From NCBI GenBank assembly GCA_048500355.1, contig JASNYD010000004.1, forward strand, positions 128,001 to 192,000: 64,000 bases of DNA. Direction: 5' to 3'. A program made the position numbers and the translations under genes. Source of the stretch: Kofleriaceae bacterium. Lineage in GTDB: Bacteria; Myxococcota_A; Polyangia; Haliangiales; Haliangiaceae. This document shows positions 35,094-47,042 of the stretch, piece by piece (within the stretch, counting starts at the first letter, position 1; each line of letters opens with the position of its first letter). The notes below the pieces were generated by a model. The model was not told the origin of the DNA and did not search any database. It saw nothing but the letters and a program-made list of their open reading frames with translations.

Positions 35094-35150
35094 TTGACCT
35101 GCAAGCAATTTATTGCTGGATTCACCGCCTGATATGCACTATAGTTCCGC
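35094..35150. promoter_or_regulatory. AT-rich divergent boxC/boxR control region with TTGACC, inverted repeat CAAGCAATttATTGCTGG and TATAGT
   Basis: This is the only AT-rich island in tens of kb. The near-perfect palindrome is centred at ~35110. TGCA half-sites are reminiscent of BzdR/BoxR operators. Confidence 0.45.
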
Positions 35151-35151
35151 C

Positions 35152-35922
35152 ATGGCCTCGCGCTCCTCCGGCGGCCACGGCGGCCGCGGCGACACCCTGC
35201 TCGGGCAGGTCGGGGCGCGGGTGCGAGCCAGCCGCCAGCAGCTCGAGCTGTCGCGGCGGGCCCTGGCCGAGCGCTCGGGCGTGAGCGAGCGCTTCCTGGC
35301 CCAGCTCGAGGGCGGCGCCGGCAACATCTCGCTGGCCCGCTTCGCCGACGTGGCGGCGGCCCTGGGCACGACCCCGGCCGAGCTGCTGGCCGGGCTGGCC
35401 CCGGCGCCCCGGCGCAAGGCGGTGGCGCTCCTGGGCGTGCGCGGCGCGGGCAAGTCGACCGTGGGCAGCGAGCTGGCGCAGCGGCTCGGCGTGCCGTTCG
35501 TCGAGCTCGACCAGCACATCGAGAAGCAGGCCGGGCTCAAGCTCGGCGAGCTGTTCGAGCTCCACGGCGAGGCCTACTACCGCAAGGTCGAGCGCGAGGT
35601 GCTGCGCGCGCTCCTGGCCCGACCGGCGGCGATGGTGCTGGCCACCGGCGGCTCGATCGTCAGCGACCCCGACAACTACGCCTTCCTGCGCGCGCGCTGC
35701 CTGACGGTCTGGCTCAAGGCGCGGCCCGAGGATCACTGGAACCGCGTCGTCCAGCAGGGCGACCGCCGGCCCATGGCGCGCAACCCGCACGCCTACGCCG
35801 AGCTCGAGGCGCTGCTCGCCGCCCGCGCGGCGCTCTACGCCAGCGCCCACCACACCGTCGACACCAGCCGCCGCCCGGTGGCCGCGGTCGTCGACCAGCT
35901 CGCGGCGCTGGCGGCGGGGTAG
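35152..35922 (+). CDS. boxR: BoxR/BzdR-type transcriptional regulator (XRE HTH + shikimate-kinase-like domain)
   Basis: HTH segment LSRRALAERSGVSERFLAQLEGGAGNISL, then P-loop kinase-like LLGVRGAGKSTVGSELAQRLGVPFVELD. Alternative starts at 35113 and 35134 lie inside the operator region. Confidence 0.8.
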   Translation: MASRSSGGHGGRGDTLLGQVGARVRASRQQLELSRRALAERSGVSERFLAQLEGGAGNISLARFADVAAALGTTPAELLAGLAPAPRRKAVALLGVRGAGKSTVGSELAQRLGVPFVELDQHIEKQAGLKLGELFELHGEAYYRKVEREVLRALLARPAAMVLATGGSIVSDPDNYAFLRARCLTVWLKARPEDHWNRVVQQGDRRPMARNPHAYAELEALLAARAALYASAHHTVDTSRRPVAAVVDQLAALAAG

Positions 35923-35928
35923 CGGGTC

Positions 35929-36600
35929 ATGCGCGTGGTCGCCCTCGCCGACACCCACCTCGCCCACGGTCCGGGCTACGCCGTGCCCGACGGCGACCTG
36001 CTGATCCACGCCGGCGACCTGTGCAACTGGGGCGACCTGGCCGAGCTCGAGCGGGCGGTCCGCTGGCTCGAGGCCCTGCCCCACCGCCACAAGGTCGTCA
36101 TCGCCGGGAACCACGACCGCGCCTGCCAGCTCCAGCCGCAGGAGGCGCGCGCGCTCCTGGGCGGCGTCATCTACCTCGAGGACGAGGGCGTCGAGCTCGC
36201 TGGCCTGCGCCTGTGGGGCAGCCCGTGGCAACCCGAGTTCTTCGCCTGGGCCTTCAACCTGCCGCGCGGCCCGGCGCTGGCGAAGGTGTGGGCGCGCATC
36301 CCGGTCGGCCTCGACATCCTCGTCACCCACGGCCCGCCCCACGGCACCGGTGATCGCACCGGCTGGAACGGCGACGCCCACGCCGGGTGCGAGGCCCTGC
36401 GCGACCGGCTGCCCGAGGTCGCGCCCCGCCTCCATCTCTTCGGCCACATCCACGAGGACGGCGGGCTGTGGCGCCTGGGCCGGACCGTCGTCGCCAACGT
36501 CACGACCGCGGAGTGCACGCGAGCGCCGACGGTGATCGACCTCGACGGCGACGAGCTCGTGCCGGTGGTGGTGCCGCCGTCGGGCCGGCGCGACGCCTGA
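35929..36600 (+). CDS. Metallophosphoesterase (calcineurin-like MPP superfamily)
   Basis: MRVVALADTHLAHG, GDL..., GNHD, THGPPHG, GHIHE motifs. 7 bp after the boxR stop. Confidence 0.85.
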   Translation: MRVVALADTHLAHGPGYAVPDGDLLIHAGDLCNWGDLAELERAVRWLEALPHRHKVVIAGNHDRACQLQPQEARALLGGVIYLEDEGVELAGLRLWGSPWQPEFFAWAFNLPRGPALAKVWARIPVGLDILVTHGPPHGTGDRTGWNGDAHAGCEALRDRLPEVAPRLHLFGHIHEDGGLWRLGRTVVANVTTAECTRAPTVIDLDGDELVPVVVPPSGRRDA

Positions 36601-36665
36601 GCTCGCGAGGCGGGGCGCGCGCGGTGGCAACCGTCGACCAGGTTGGCGGGGTATCGTCGCGCTCG

Positions 36666-39600
36666 ATGCGCCGCCGCCACTTGCTGCCCCGCCCCGGCGC
36701 CGCGATGCCACGGGTCGTCGGCGCGGTGGCGATCGTGGCCGCGCTGGGGGCGGCGGCGGCCTGCGGCGTGCCGGCGGCGCGCTTCCCCGCTGACGTGCAG
36801 GCCGCGCTCGCCGGCGCCGACATGCGGCGGATGGAGACCGCGCAGCTCCTCCTCTACTACCCCGAGGGCCGGCGGGCGCTGGCCGAGCGGATGGCGGCGC
36901 GGCTCGAGGGCTGCGCCACCGCGCTGCGGGCCCACGCCCGGCTCGACAACCGGGCGTCGCGCGAGAAGATGATCGTGGTCGTCCCCGACGCGCCGTTCAA
37001 CAACGCCTACGTGCTGCCGCCGGTGGCCGGGCTCGAGGACGTCGCGGTCGTGCCCGCCGCCAACACCCTCGACTTCACGACGTCCTTCGGCCTGCCGCCG
37101 GATCCGGGGATGGTCGGCTGTCACGAGCTGGTCCACTACGTCCACGCCAAGCAGATCGCCGGGCTGTGGGGCGCGCTGCGGGTCGCGTTCGGCGAGCTGG
37201 TCTCACCCCAGGTCGGCCTCGACGCCTGGTTCTTCGAGGGGCTGGCCACCTACTACGAGGCGCGGCTGGTCCCCGGGGTCGGCCGCCCGCGGTGGCCGGT
37301 GTTCACGAGCATGTTCCACGCCGCCTACGCCGGCGGCGAGCTCGGCGGCGGCGACCTGGCGACCGAGCACCGGCGGGCCTGGGTCGGCCACCACTACCTG
37401 GTCGGCACGATGTTCGTCGAGTACCTGGCCGAGACCTACGGCGAGGCCCCGCTGTGGCGGGTGATCGAGCTGCAGGCGCGCTCGACCTCGATCCTGTTCT
37501 CGGTGAGCGGCCGCTTCGCCGAGGTCTACGGCAAGGGCCTGCCGGCGCTCGTCGGCGACTTCCAGCGCTGGGTCGCCGCGCGCTACCCGGTGCGGCGACG
37601 ACCGCCGGGGCAGCGCGTGGTGCAGGCGCTGGGCGAGGACGCGCGCTGGGCGTGGGGGCCGGCCGGCGAGGTGGCGGTGATCGACGGCGACCTCGACCTG
37701 CCGGCGCGGCTGCGGGTGTGGGACGGCGCCGGCCGCCTGCTCGACGAGCGCGCGCTGGTCGACCTGGTGCCGCCGCGCCGTCAGGTGATGGCGGCGCCGC
37801 TCCTGGTCTCCGGCCTGGGCTTCGCCGCCGACGGCAGCCTGTGGTTCACCAGCGTCGATCAGGGCGCGACCTACCAGACGACGCGGCTCTTCCGCTGGCG
37901 CCGCGGCGGCGGGCTCGCCGAGGTGGCCCGCGACCTCGGGCCCGGCGGCGCGATCGCGCCCGACGGCGCGAGCTACGTCCACATGGTCGTCGACGGCGAT
38001 CGGTGGAGCCTGGCCGCGCGCGACCTGGCCACGGGCGCGCGGCGGGTGCTGTGGGAGGCGGCGCCCGGCCAGTACGCCCTGCGCGCCGGGTTCGCGCGCG
38101 ACGGCGCGCGGCTGGCGGTGAGCGTGTGGGACGGCGCGCGCTTCGCGGTGTGGGAGCTCGACGCCACCACCGGCGCCCGGCTGGCGACGCACACCGGCGA
38201 CGGGGACACCCCGGTCTTCGACGGCGCCTACACCGACGACGGCCGGCTCGTCCTGCTGGCGGTGGTGGACGGCCGCTTCCAGGTGGCGGTGGCCGGCGCC
38301 GGCGGCGCGCGCCGCGTGGTGAGCGACGCCCCCTACGGCGCGCTCGAGGTCCGCGCCCGCGGCGGCGCGCTGCGCTTCCTGGCCCGCGACGGCTGGCGCT
38401 ACACCCTGGACGAGCTCGCGCTGCCGGGGCCGGAGACCGAAGCCGAGACCGAGGCCGGAGCTGGAGCCGGTTCCGGACCCGAACCCGAACCCGGATCCGA
38501 GCCCGAACCCGGATCCGGATCCGGATCCGAGCCCGAGCCCGAGCCCGAGCCCGAACCCGAACCCGAACCCGAACCCGGATCCGAACCCGAATCCGGATCC
38601 GGATCCGAGCCCGAACCCGGATCCGTCCCCGAGACCGACCCCGGATCCGGCCCCGAACCCGGATCCGTCCCCGAGACCGACCCCGGATCCGTCCCCGAAC
38701 CCGGATCCGTCCCCGAGACCGACCCCGGATCCGGATCCGCCCCCGCCCTCGCCCCCGCCCCGGTCCGCGTCCTCGACGATCGCCCCTACTCGCGCCTCGA
38801 CGGCCTCCTCCGCCCCACCCTGCACACCCTCGCCCTCCTCGCCCCCGCCGTCGGCGTGAACCAGGTCGGCCTCGCCCTCGCCGGCGGGGACCGCCTCGAC
38901 CTGGTGCGCTGGGCGGTGGCCGGCTACGTCGACCCAGGCGATCGCAAGCTCTCCGGCGCCGGCGGCGTCATCCTCAACGACCTCGCGCCGTGGGTGCTGG
39001 TCGCCCACGGGCAGCGCCTCCACTTCACCGAGGAGGTCCGCGACGACGACGGCGCCCTGATCGCCGCGTACGAGCGCGAGGTGCGCGACGCCGTGCTCGC
39101 CCTCGGCCGCACCTGGCGCGGGACCTACGGCGTCGCCGCCGGCGGCGCGTACGCCCTCGATCGCGTCGACGCCACGACCCTCCGGCTGTACGGACCGGAG
39201 CTCACGCTCGGCTACGCCGCGATCGAGCCCACGCGGGCCAGCGGCCCGCGCCGCGGCCTGGCGCTGAGCGCCGGCGGCGCGTGGTTCCCGCGACCCGCCG
39301 GTGACCTGCAGGAGCTCCGCGGCCGGCTCGACGTGTACGCGCCGGTGGTGGGGACCCGCCGCCACGTCGTCCACGCGACGCTGCGCGGCCACGCCGTCGG
39401 CGGCGCGCCCGGGCCGCTGATCGCGATCGGCGGCGAGGCCGCGCTGCCGGCGCTGTGGTCGAGCGGCGACGCGCCGGCGGAGCTCGGGCTCGGCGACGGC
39501 GTCCTGCCCCGGCAGCGTCGCTTCGGCGAGCCGCTGCGTGGCTTCGAGGATCTGCCGGTCGCCGCCGCGCGCGTGGCCCTCGCCGACCTCACCTGGCGCT

Positions 39601-39866
39601 ACCCGCTGATCGTCGACCGCGGCGTGCCCAGCCTCGGCTTCCTGCCGGCGTCGTTCCTGTCCGAGCTCGAGGTCGAGGTCTTCGCCGCCGGCGCCCTCGT
39701 CGAGCCCGCGGCGGCGCGGACGCGGCACCTGCTCGCCGCCGGCGGCGCGCTCACCGTGCGCCTGTCGCTGTTCCGCCTGCCGCTGGCCCTCCGTTATCAG
39801 GCCAGCCGCCGCCTCACCGACGACCGCGGCTACCTCCAGCTCGTCATGCTCGGCCCGCGGTCGTGA
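36666..39866 (+). CDS. Large secreted multidomain protein: N-terminal HEXXH (HELVH) putative zinc-metallopeptidase-like domain, TolB/WD-like beta-propeller region, (EP/GS)n acidic linker, C-terminal beta-rich domain
   Basis: Start MRRRHLLPRP... with lipobox AALGAAAACG. GCHELVHYVHAKQ. Propeller-like repeats (DGSLWFTS, PDGASYVHMVVDGDRW). Low-complexity 38440-38760. Upstream part of ORF 36387..39866 is artefact. Confidence 0.7.
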   Translation: MRRRHLLPRPGAAMPRVVGAVAIVAALGAAAACGVPAARFPADVQAALAGADMRRMETAQLLLYYPEGRRALAERMAARLEGCATALRAHARLDNRASREKMIVVVPDAPFNNAYVLPPVAGLEDVAVVPAANTLDFTTSFGLPPDPGMVGCHELVHYVHAKQIAGLWGALRVAFGELVSPQVGLDAWFFEGLATYYEARLVPGVGRPRWPVFTSMFHAAYAGGELGGGDLATEHRRAWVGHHYLVGTMFVEYLAETYGEAPLWRVIELQARSTSILFSVSGRFAEVYGKGLPALVGDFQRWVAARYPVRRRPPGQRVVQALGEDARWAWGPAGEVAVIDGDLDLPARLRVWDGAGRLLDERALVDLVPPRRQVMAAPLLVSGLGFAADGSLWFTSVDQGATYQTTRLFRWRRGGGLAEVARDLGPGGAIAPDGASYVHMVVDGDRWSLAARDLATGARRVLWEAAPGQYALRAGFARDGARLAVSVWDGARFAVWELDATTGARLATHTGDGDTPVFDGAYTDDGRLVLLAVVDGRFQVAVAGAGGARRVVSDAPYGALEVRARGGALRFLARDGWRYTLDELALPGPETEAETEAGAGAGSGPEPEPGSEPEPGSGSGSEPEPEPEPEPEPEPEPGSEPESGSGSEPEPGSVPETDPGSGPEPGSVPETDPGSVPEPGSVPETDPGSGSAPALAPAPVRVLDDRPYSRLDGLLRPTLHTLALLAPAVGVNQVGLALAGGDRLDLVRWAVAGYVDPGDRKLSGAGGVILNDLAPWVLVAHGQRLHFTEEVRDDDGALIAAYEREVRDAVLALGRTWRGTYGVAAGGAYALDRVDATTLRLYGPELTLGYAAIEPTRASGPRRGLALSAGGAWFPRPAGDLQELRGRLDVYAPVVGTRRHVVHATLRGHAVGGAPGPLIAIGGEAALPALWSSGDAPAELGLGDGVLPRQRRFGEPLRGFEDLPVAAARVALADLTWRYPLIVDRGVPSLGFLPASFLSELEVEVFAAGALVEPAAARTRHLLAAGGALTVRLSLFRLPLALRYQASRRLTDDRGYLQLVMLGPRS
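38440..38760 (+). repeat. In-frame hexanucleotide tract (GAGCCC/GAACCC/GGATCC)n encoding an EPEPEP/GSEPES linker
   Basis: Visible nucleotide periodicity. Same repeat class as the intergenic microsatellite at 1265-1635. Confidence 0.8.
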
Positions 39867-41058
39867 TCGGCCGGCGACGCCGGCGCGCGATCACCGCCAG
39901 CGCCAGCGCGAGCGCGCCACCACCGCCGCGACCGCCGCCGCCACCACCGGCCGCGCAGCCGCCGCTCGCCGCCGCGTCCGGATCGACCCGGATGACCAGC
40001 GTGATCATGCCGAAGCGCACGTCGCCGGCCAGGAGCGAGAAGTCCTCGGTGAGCTCGGCGGCGGCGCCGGCCATCGGCGCCACGACGTCGACGGCGAGCG
40101 CGACGGTGGCGCCGGGCGCGATCGAGGCGTCGATGACCGCGGCCCGGTCGGCGGCCGGCCACTCGTCGCCCGCGAACGCGCTCGCGCGCCCGGCCGGCCC
40201 GGCGGTGACCAGCGCGGTCCCGGCCGGCCACGGCGCGCTGCCGCTGTTGCGCAGGACCAGCGACACCGTCGCCCGCGCGCCCGGGGCCATCACCCGCGGC
40301 GCGGCGAGCGACTCGATCGCCAGCGCCAGCCCGCCCGGGGCGCACGCCGGCCCCTGCGGGAAGCCGTCGTCGGGCGACACCACCAGCCGGGCCTCGGTCT
40401 CGGGCCCCCACTGACCGTCGACGGCGATCGGATCCTCGGGGTGGTTGCGGTTCCACAGCCGCTGGAAGGCGAGCACGTCGGTGCCGCGCAGGTCGGGCGA
40501 CTGCAGGTGATCGAAGTGCACCGGATCGCCGGGCACGGTCTGGTCCCAGGCGTGGTCGGCCAGGAGCGACACCCAGGGGGCGTAGGGCGAGACGTCGACG
40601 GCGCGGCCGCTCTCGTGGTTGCTGCGCCCGGGCACCGCCGCCGCCGTGATGCCGCAGCGGCCGAGCTGGAACCAGCGGTAGAGCAGGTACTGCTGCGCCA
40701 CCGAGCGGTACGCGCTCGTCACCTGCAGCGACATGCCGCCGCCGGCGGCGACCGCGGCCAGCAGATCCTCGCGCCCGCCCTCGCTGACGTAGGGCAGGAC
40801 CGCGGCGCCGGCGAAGACCACGCCGCCGCCCTCGGCGAAGGCCACGAGCTGGCCGGGCGCCATGCAGTCGACCTCGGCCGCGATCTGCCGCGACAGCTCG
40901 ATCACGACCGCGGTGGTGCAGGTGGTGGTCTCGTGATCGCCGACGGTCGCCGCCTGCTCGATCGCCGCCAGCTCGGGCGCCTCGCCGCAGGCCGCGCCGG
41001 CGGCGAGCGTGGCGGCGGCGACCAGCGAGGCGGCGACCCTCATCCGCCCAGCGTACAT
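39844..41058 (-). CDS. Peptidase M15 (VanY / D-Ala-D-Ala carboxypeptidase-like) lipoprotein with MYXO-CTERM-like tail
   Basis: SAYRSVAQQYLLY ... GRSNHESGRAVD ... DPVHFDH (M15 zinc ligands). C-terminus GGCAAGGGGGGRGGGGALALALAVIARRRRR = Cys/Gly-rich + TM + Arg cluster. Confidence 0.8.
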   Translation of the reverse strand: MYAGRMRVAASLVAAATLAAGAACGEAPELAAIEQAATVGDHETTTCTTAVVIELSRQIAAEVDCMAPGQLVAFAEGGGVVFAGAAVLPYVSEGGREDLLAAVAAGGGMSLQVTSAYRSVAQQYLLYRWFQLGRCGITAAAVPGRSNHESGRAVDVSPYAPWVSLLADHAWDQTVPGDPVHFDHLQSPDLRGTDVLAFQRLWNRNHPEDPIAVDGQWGPETEARLVVSPDDGFPQGPACAPGGLALAIESLAAPRVMAPGARATVSLVLRNSGSAPWPAGTALVTAGPAGRASAFAGDEWPAADRAAVIDASIAPGATVALAVDVVAPMAGAAAELTEDFSLLAGDVRFGMITLVIRVDPDAAASGGCAAGGGGGGRGGGGALALALAVIARRRRRPITTAGRA

Positions 41059-41154
41059 CGAGCGCGGGCGCCCCGGGCCGGCAGACCGCCCGGTCCCCGG
41101 GCCGCGCTGTCAAGCCCGCCGCCGCCGTCCGGATCACCACGATCCAGGTGATCA

Positions 41155-43461
<2,307 letters not shown>

Positions 43462-43661
43462 GCCCGCCGCTCCGTCCCCTTCCGCGCGTTGCCGCGGATC
43501 GCGGGCGGCGGTGCGACGCCGGCGCTGTCGCAGCGGTCGCAGGTGACGCCGCAGGGCGCCGCAGCGGTCGCGCCCACGGCGCGGTCAACCGCGCGGCGGT
43601 GCCCCGCATCCAGGGGAATGTGCGATCCTCGCTGTCAGTTGACGTCAGGGGCCCGGCCGCG

Positions 43662-46600
43662 ATGGCGCTCGATCGTACCCAGACCATTGGTCCGCGAGAC
43701 TCGTCCGGTGACGCCGTCGACGCCAGCGGCGCCGCCGCGCCCTCCGACGCGTTACCCGCGCAGCCCGCCGACGCCGCCGCCCGCTACCAGCTCGAGGCCG
43801 AGGCCGGCCGCGGCGGCATCGGCCGGGTCGTGCGCGCCCACGATCGCCACCTCGGCCGCACGGTGGCGGTGAAGGAGCTCCTTCGCACCAACGAGCTGGC
43901 CGAGGCCCTGTTCGTGCGCGAGGCCATGATCACCGCCCGCCTCCAGCACCCCGGCATCGTCCCGGTGCACGAGGCCGGACGCTGGCCCAACGGCGATCCC
44001 TACTACGTCATGAAGATGGTGTCGGGGCGGACCCTCAAGGAGGTCATCACCGGCACCCGGACCCTGGCCGATCGCCTGGCGCTCCTGCCCAACGTCATCG
44101 CCGTCGCCGAGGCCGTCGGCTACGCCCACAGCCAGGAGGTGATCCACCGCGATCTCAAGCCGGCCAACGTGCTGCTCGGCGAGTACGGCGAGACCGTGGT
44201 CATCGACTGGGGGCTGGCCCGCGACCTGCGCGCCGGCGACCTGACGCCCCAGCCCGGCGCCGCCGGCTCCGGCGACGGCCGCACCGTCACCGGCAAGGTG
44301 GTGGGCACGCCCCAGTACATGTCGCCCGAGCAGGCCCGCGGCGAGCCGGTCGATCCCCGCGCCGACGTCTACGCCCTCGGCGCGATGCTGTACGAGGTCC
44401 TGTCGGGGGCGGCGCCGGTGGGCGGCGACTCGGCGCAGGAGATCATCGACCGCGTGCTGGCCGGGCCTCCGCGACCGCTGCGCGCGACGGTGCCCGGCCT
44501 GCCCGCCGACCTCGACGCCATCGTCGGCAAGGCGATGGCGCGGCTGCCCGCCGATCGCTACGCCACCGCGCGCGAGCTGGCCGCCGACCTCAAGCGCTTC
44601 CAGACCGGGCAGCTCGTCACCGCCCAGGTCTACGGCCGGTGGAGCCTCGTGCGGCGCTGGGTACACCGGCACCGCGGCTACGTGGCGCTGGGCGCCGTGG
44701 CGCTCGCGGCGGTGACGGTGATCGCGACCAGCCTGATCCGCCGCGTCGTCGACGAGCGGCGCGTCGCCGAGAGCCGGGGACAGCAGGCCGAGCTGGCGCG
44801 CGTCGCCGCCGAGACCCGCAAGAACGAGCTGGTGCTGGCCCAGGCCCAGGCCGCGGTCGGCCGCGATCCCACCGCCGCCCTGGCCTGGCTCAAGAACCTG
44901 CCCATCGATCAGGCCCACGCCCTGCGCATCGCCGCGCTGGTCGACGAGGCCGAGGCCAGCGGCGTCGCCCGCCACGTCTGGCGCCACCCCGACTGGGTGG
45001 TCGGGATCGCGGTCTCGCGCGACGGCCGCCAGGTCGCGACCGCGGTGCGCGACGGCAAGGTCCGGCTCTACGACGCCAGCTCGGGCGAGGTGCGGGTGCT
45101 CGGCCAGCGCCCGATGCTCGGCGCGATCACCTTCGACGGCTCCGGCCGCCACGCGGTCACCGCCGACAGCGGCGGCGTGCTGTGGCGGTGGGACGTGGCC
45201 ACCGGCCGCGGCCACCCGCTCGGCGTCCACGAGACCCGCGAGCCCATCCGCTTCGACGTGACCTCCGACGGCCACGTCGCGTCGCGGTCCGCGGACGGGA
45301 CGATCAAGGTGTGGGACCTCGAGCGCGGCCAGGAGGTGGTGGAGCTGTTCCGCGAGCTGCCGGTCCGCGAGCGCGCGGCGACCGACTGGGATCGGCGCCG
45401 GGGCGAGGTGCGGCTGTCGGGCGGCATCGACGGCCAGCTCCGCCTGTGGCGCGGCGCGCAGGCCCGCGCGATCGCTCGCCTGCCCGGCCCGGTGCGGATG
45501 GTGGCGATGACCCGCGACGGCCGGCGCGCGCTGGCCGCCGACGCCCGGGCGGTGTACTGGGTGGACGTGGAGCGCGGGCGGATCGAGCGCGTCGCCGACG
45601 GCATGACCAAGCTGCAGCACCTCGTGATCGACCCGACCGAGCGCCGCGGCGCCGTCGCCGGCAACGACCCCGACGTCATCCTGGTCGAGCTCGAGAGCGG
45701 CAAGGTCGAGCGCCGCCGCGGCCACACCGACGCCCTCTACGCCGTGCACTTCGACAGCCGCGGCGAGCGCCTGCTGACGCCCAGCGACGACGGCACCGCC
45801 CGGGTCTGGGATCTCGACACCGGCGACCTCCGGGTGCTGCGCGGCCACGACGACGACGTCTTCGCCGCCGCGATCACGCCCGACGGCCGCACCGTCGTCA
45901 CCGCCAGCCTCGACGGCACCGCGCGGCTGTGGTCGCTGGGCGATCGCCGCACCATCGTCGTCGGCCAGCTCGGCGACGTCCGCGGTCTCGGCCTCCTCGG
46001 CGGCGACCGGGTGCGGGCGCTGTCGTTCACCGATCCGGTCCGGATCACCGACGTCGACCTCCGCACCCGCGCGACCACGCTCCGCCACGAGGCGACCTCG
46101 ACCCACGGCGAGCCGGCGATCGCGGCCGACGGCGCGTCGGTGGTGATCCCGCGCGAGCCCGGCCGGGCCTCGTTCTGGCGCGACGGCGACGTCGTCGACC
46201 TCCGCCTGCCGGATCCGACCCTGCCGGCGCGGATCGCCCGCGACGCCCGGCTCCTCGTCGGCCTCGAGCCCGACGGGGACGTCGCGGTGTGGGAGCCCGG
46301 CGGCCGCCGGGCGCTGCGCGAGGGCCGGCCGGCGCTGGGCGTCGCCGTGCGCCGCGACGGCCTGCGCGCCGCGATCCTCGACGCCGAGTCCATCGAGCTG
46401 GTCGACCTGGCGAGCGGGACCCCCCTGGCCCGCCTCGCGCGCGCCGATCATGCCCTCAGCCCCGGCAAGCTCGGCCTCGACTTCACCCCCGACGGCCGGC
46501 GCCTGCTGGTGGGGACCGCGACCGGCGCGCGGCTCTGGGATCCCGACCGCGGCCAGGTGATCCCGCTGGCGCGCTCGCAGCACGCCCACCTCGCGGCCGC

Positions 46601-47012
46601 GGTGTCACCGGACGGCGCGCTGATGGCGATGGCGGTGGAGGAGCGCGCGGTGCGGCTCTGGGACACCGCGACCGGCGCGGAGCGCGCGACGCTGCGCGGA
46701 CACCGCGATCTGGTCAACGCGCTCGCCTTCTCGCCCGACGGCCGGCGCGTCGTGACCGCCAGCTACGATCGGACGCTGCGGGTGTGGGACGTCGCCACCG
46801 GCGAGAGCCGGGTGCTGTCGGGGCACGTCGGCCCGGTGTGGACCGCGGCCTGGCTCGATCCCGAGCAGGTGGTCTCGGGCGGCAGCGACGGCACCGTCCG
46901 CCTGTGGACCGTGCCGGCGACCACGACCCCGACGCCGGGCGAGCTGGTGGCCCGCCTCACCGCCGGCACCACGGCGCTCATCGGCGGCGACAACCAGCCG
47001 GCCACGCCGTGA
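43662..47012 (+). CDS. Ser/Thr protein kinase fused to WD40 beta-propeller repeats (STK-WD40)
   Basis: Kinase motifs (VAVKEL, HRDLKPANVLL, DWGLAR, MSPEQ), TM helix, then many WD-like repeats (RVWDL, RLWS, VRLWDTATG, LRVWDVATG). Starts MALDRTQTIG; upstream part of ORF 42036..47012 is artefact. Confidence 0.9.
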   Translation: MALDRTQTIGPRDSSGDAVDASGAAAPSDALPAQPADAAARYQLEAEAGRGGIGRVVRAHDRHLGRTVAVKELLRTNELAEALFVREAMITARLQHPGIVPVHEAGRWPNGDPYYVMKMVSGRTLKEVITGTRTLADRLALLPNVIAVAEAVGYAHSQEVIHRDLKPANVLLGEYGETVVIDWGLARDLRAGDLTPQPGAAGSGDGRTVTGKVVGTPQYMSPEQARGEPVDPRADVYALGAMLYEVLSGAAPVGGDSAQEIIDRVLAGPPRPLRATVPGLPADLDAIVGKAMARLPADRYATARELAADLKRFQTGQLVTAQVYGRWSLVRRWVHRHRGYVALGAVALAAVTVIATSLIRRVVDERRVAESRGQQAELARVAAETRKNELVLAQAQAAVGRDPTAALAWLKNLPIDQAHALRIAALVDEAEASGVARHVWRHPDWVVGIAVSRDGRQVATAVRDGKVRLYDASSGEVRVLGQRPMLGAITFDGSGRHAVTADSGGVLWRWDVATGRGHPLGVHETREPIRFDVTSDGHVASRSADGTIKVWDLERGQEVVELFRELPVRERAATDWDRRRGEVRLSGGIDGQLRLWRGAQARAIARLPGPVRMVAMTRDGRRALAADARAVYWVDVERGRIERVADGMTKLQHLVIDPTERRGAVAGNDPDVILVELESGKVERRRGHTDALYAVHFDSRGERLLTPSDDGTARVWDLDTGDLRVLRGHDDDVFAAAITPDGRTVVTASLDGTARLWSLGDRRTIVVGQLGDVRGLGLLGGDRVRALSFTDPVRITDVDLRTRATTLRHEATSTHGEPAIAADGASVVIPREPGRASFWRDGDVVDLRLPDPTLPARIARDARLLVGLEPDGDVAVWEPGGRRALREGRPALGVAVRRDGLRAAILDAESIELVDLASGTPLARLARADHALSPGKLGLDFTPDGRRLLVGTATGARLWDPDRGQVIPLARSQHAHLAAAVSPDGALMAMAVEERAVRLWDTATGAERATLRGHRDLVNALAFSPDGRRVVTASYDRTLRVWDVATGESRVLSGHVGPVWTAAWLDPEQVVSGGSDGTVRLWTVPATTTPTPGELVARLTAGTTALIGGDNQPATP

Positions 47013-47042
47013 CCGCCGCGCGACGCCGGCGCGCGCTCGTCG

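Noticed and set aside
37203-39728. 841-aa minus-strand ORF opposite the large secreted protein
   Set aside because: Arg/Gly/Pro-rich antisense translation of the plus-strand gene, which itself carries signal peptide, HEXXH and propeller features.
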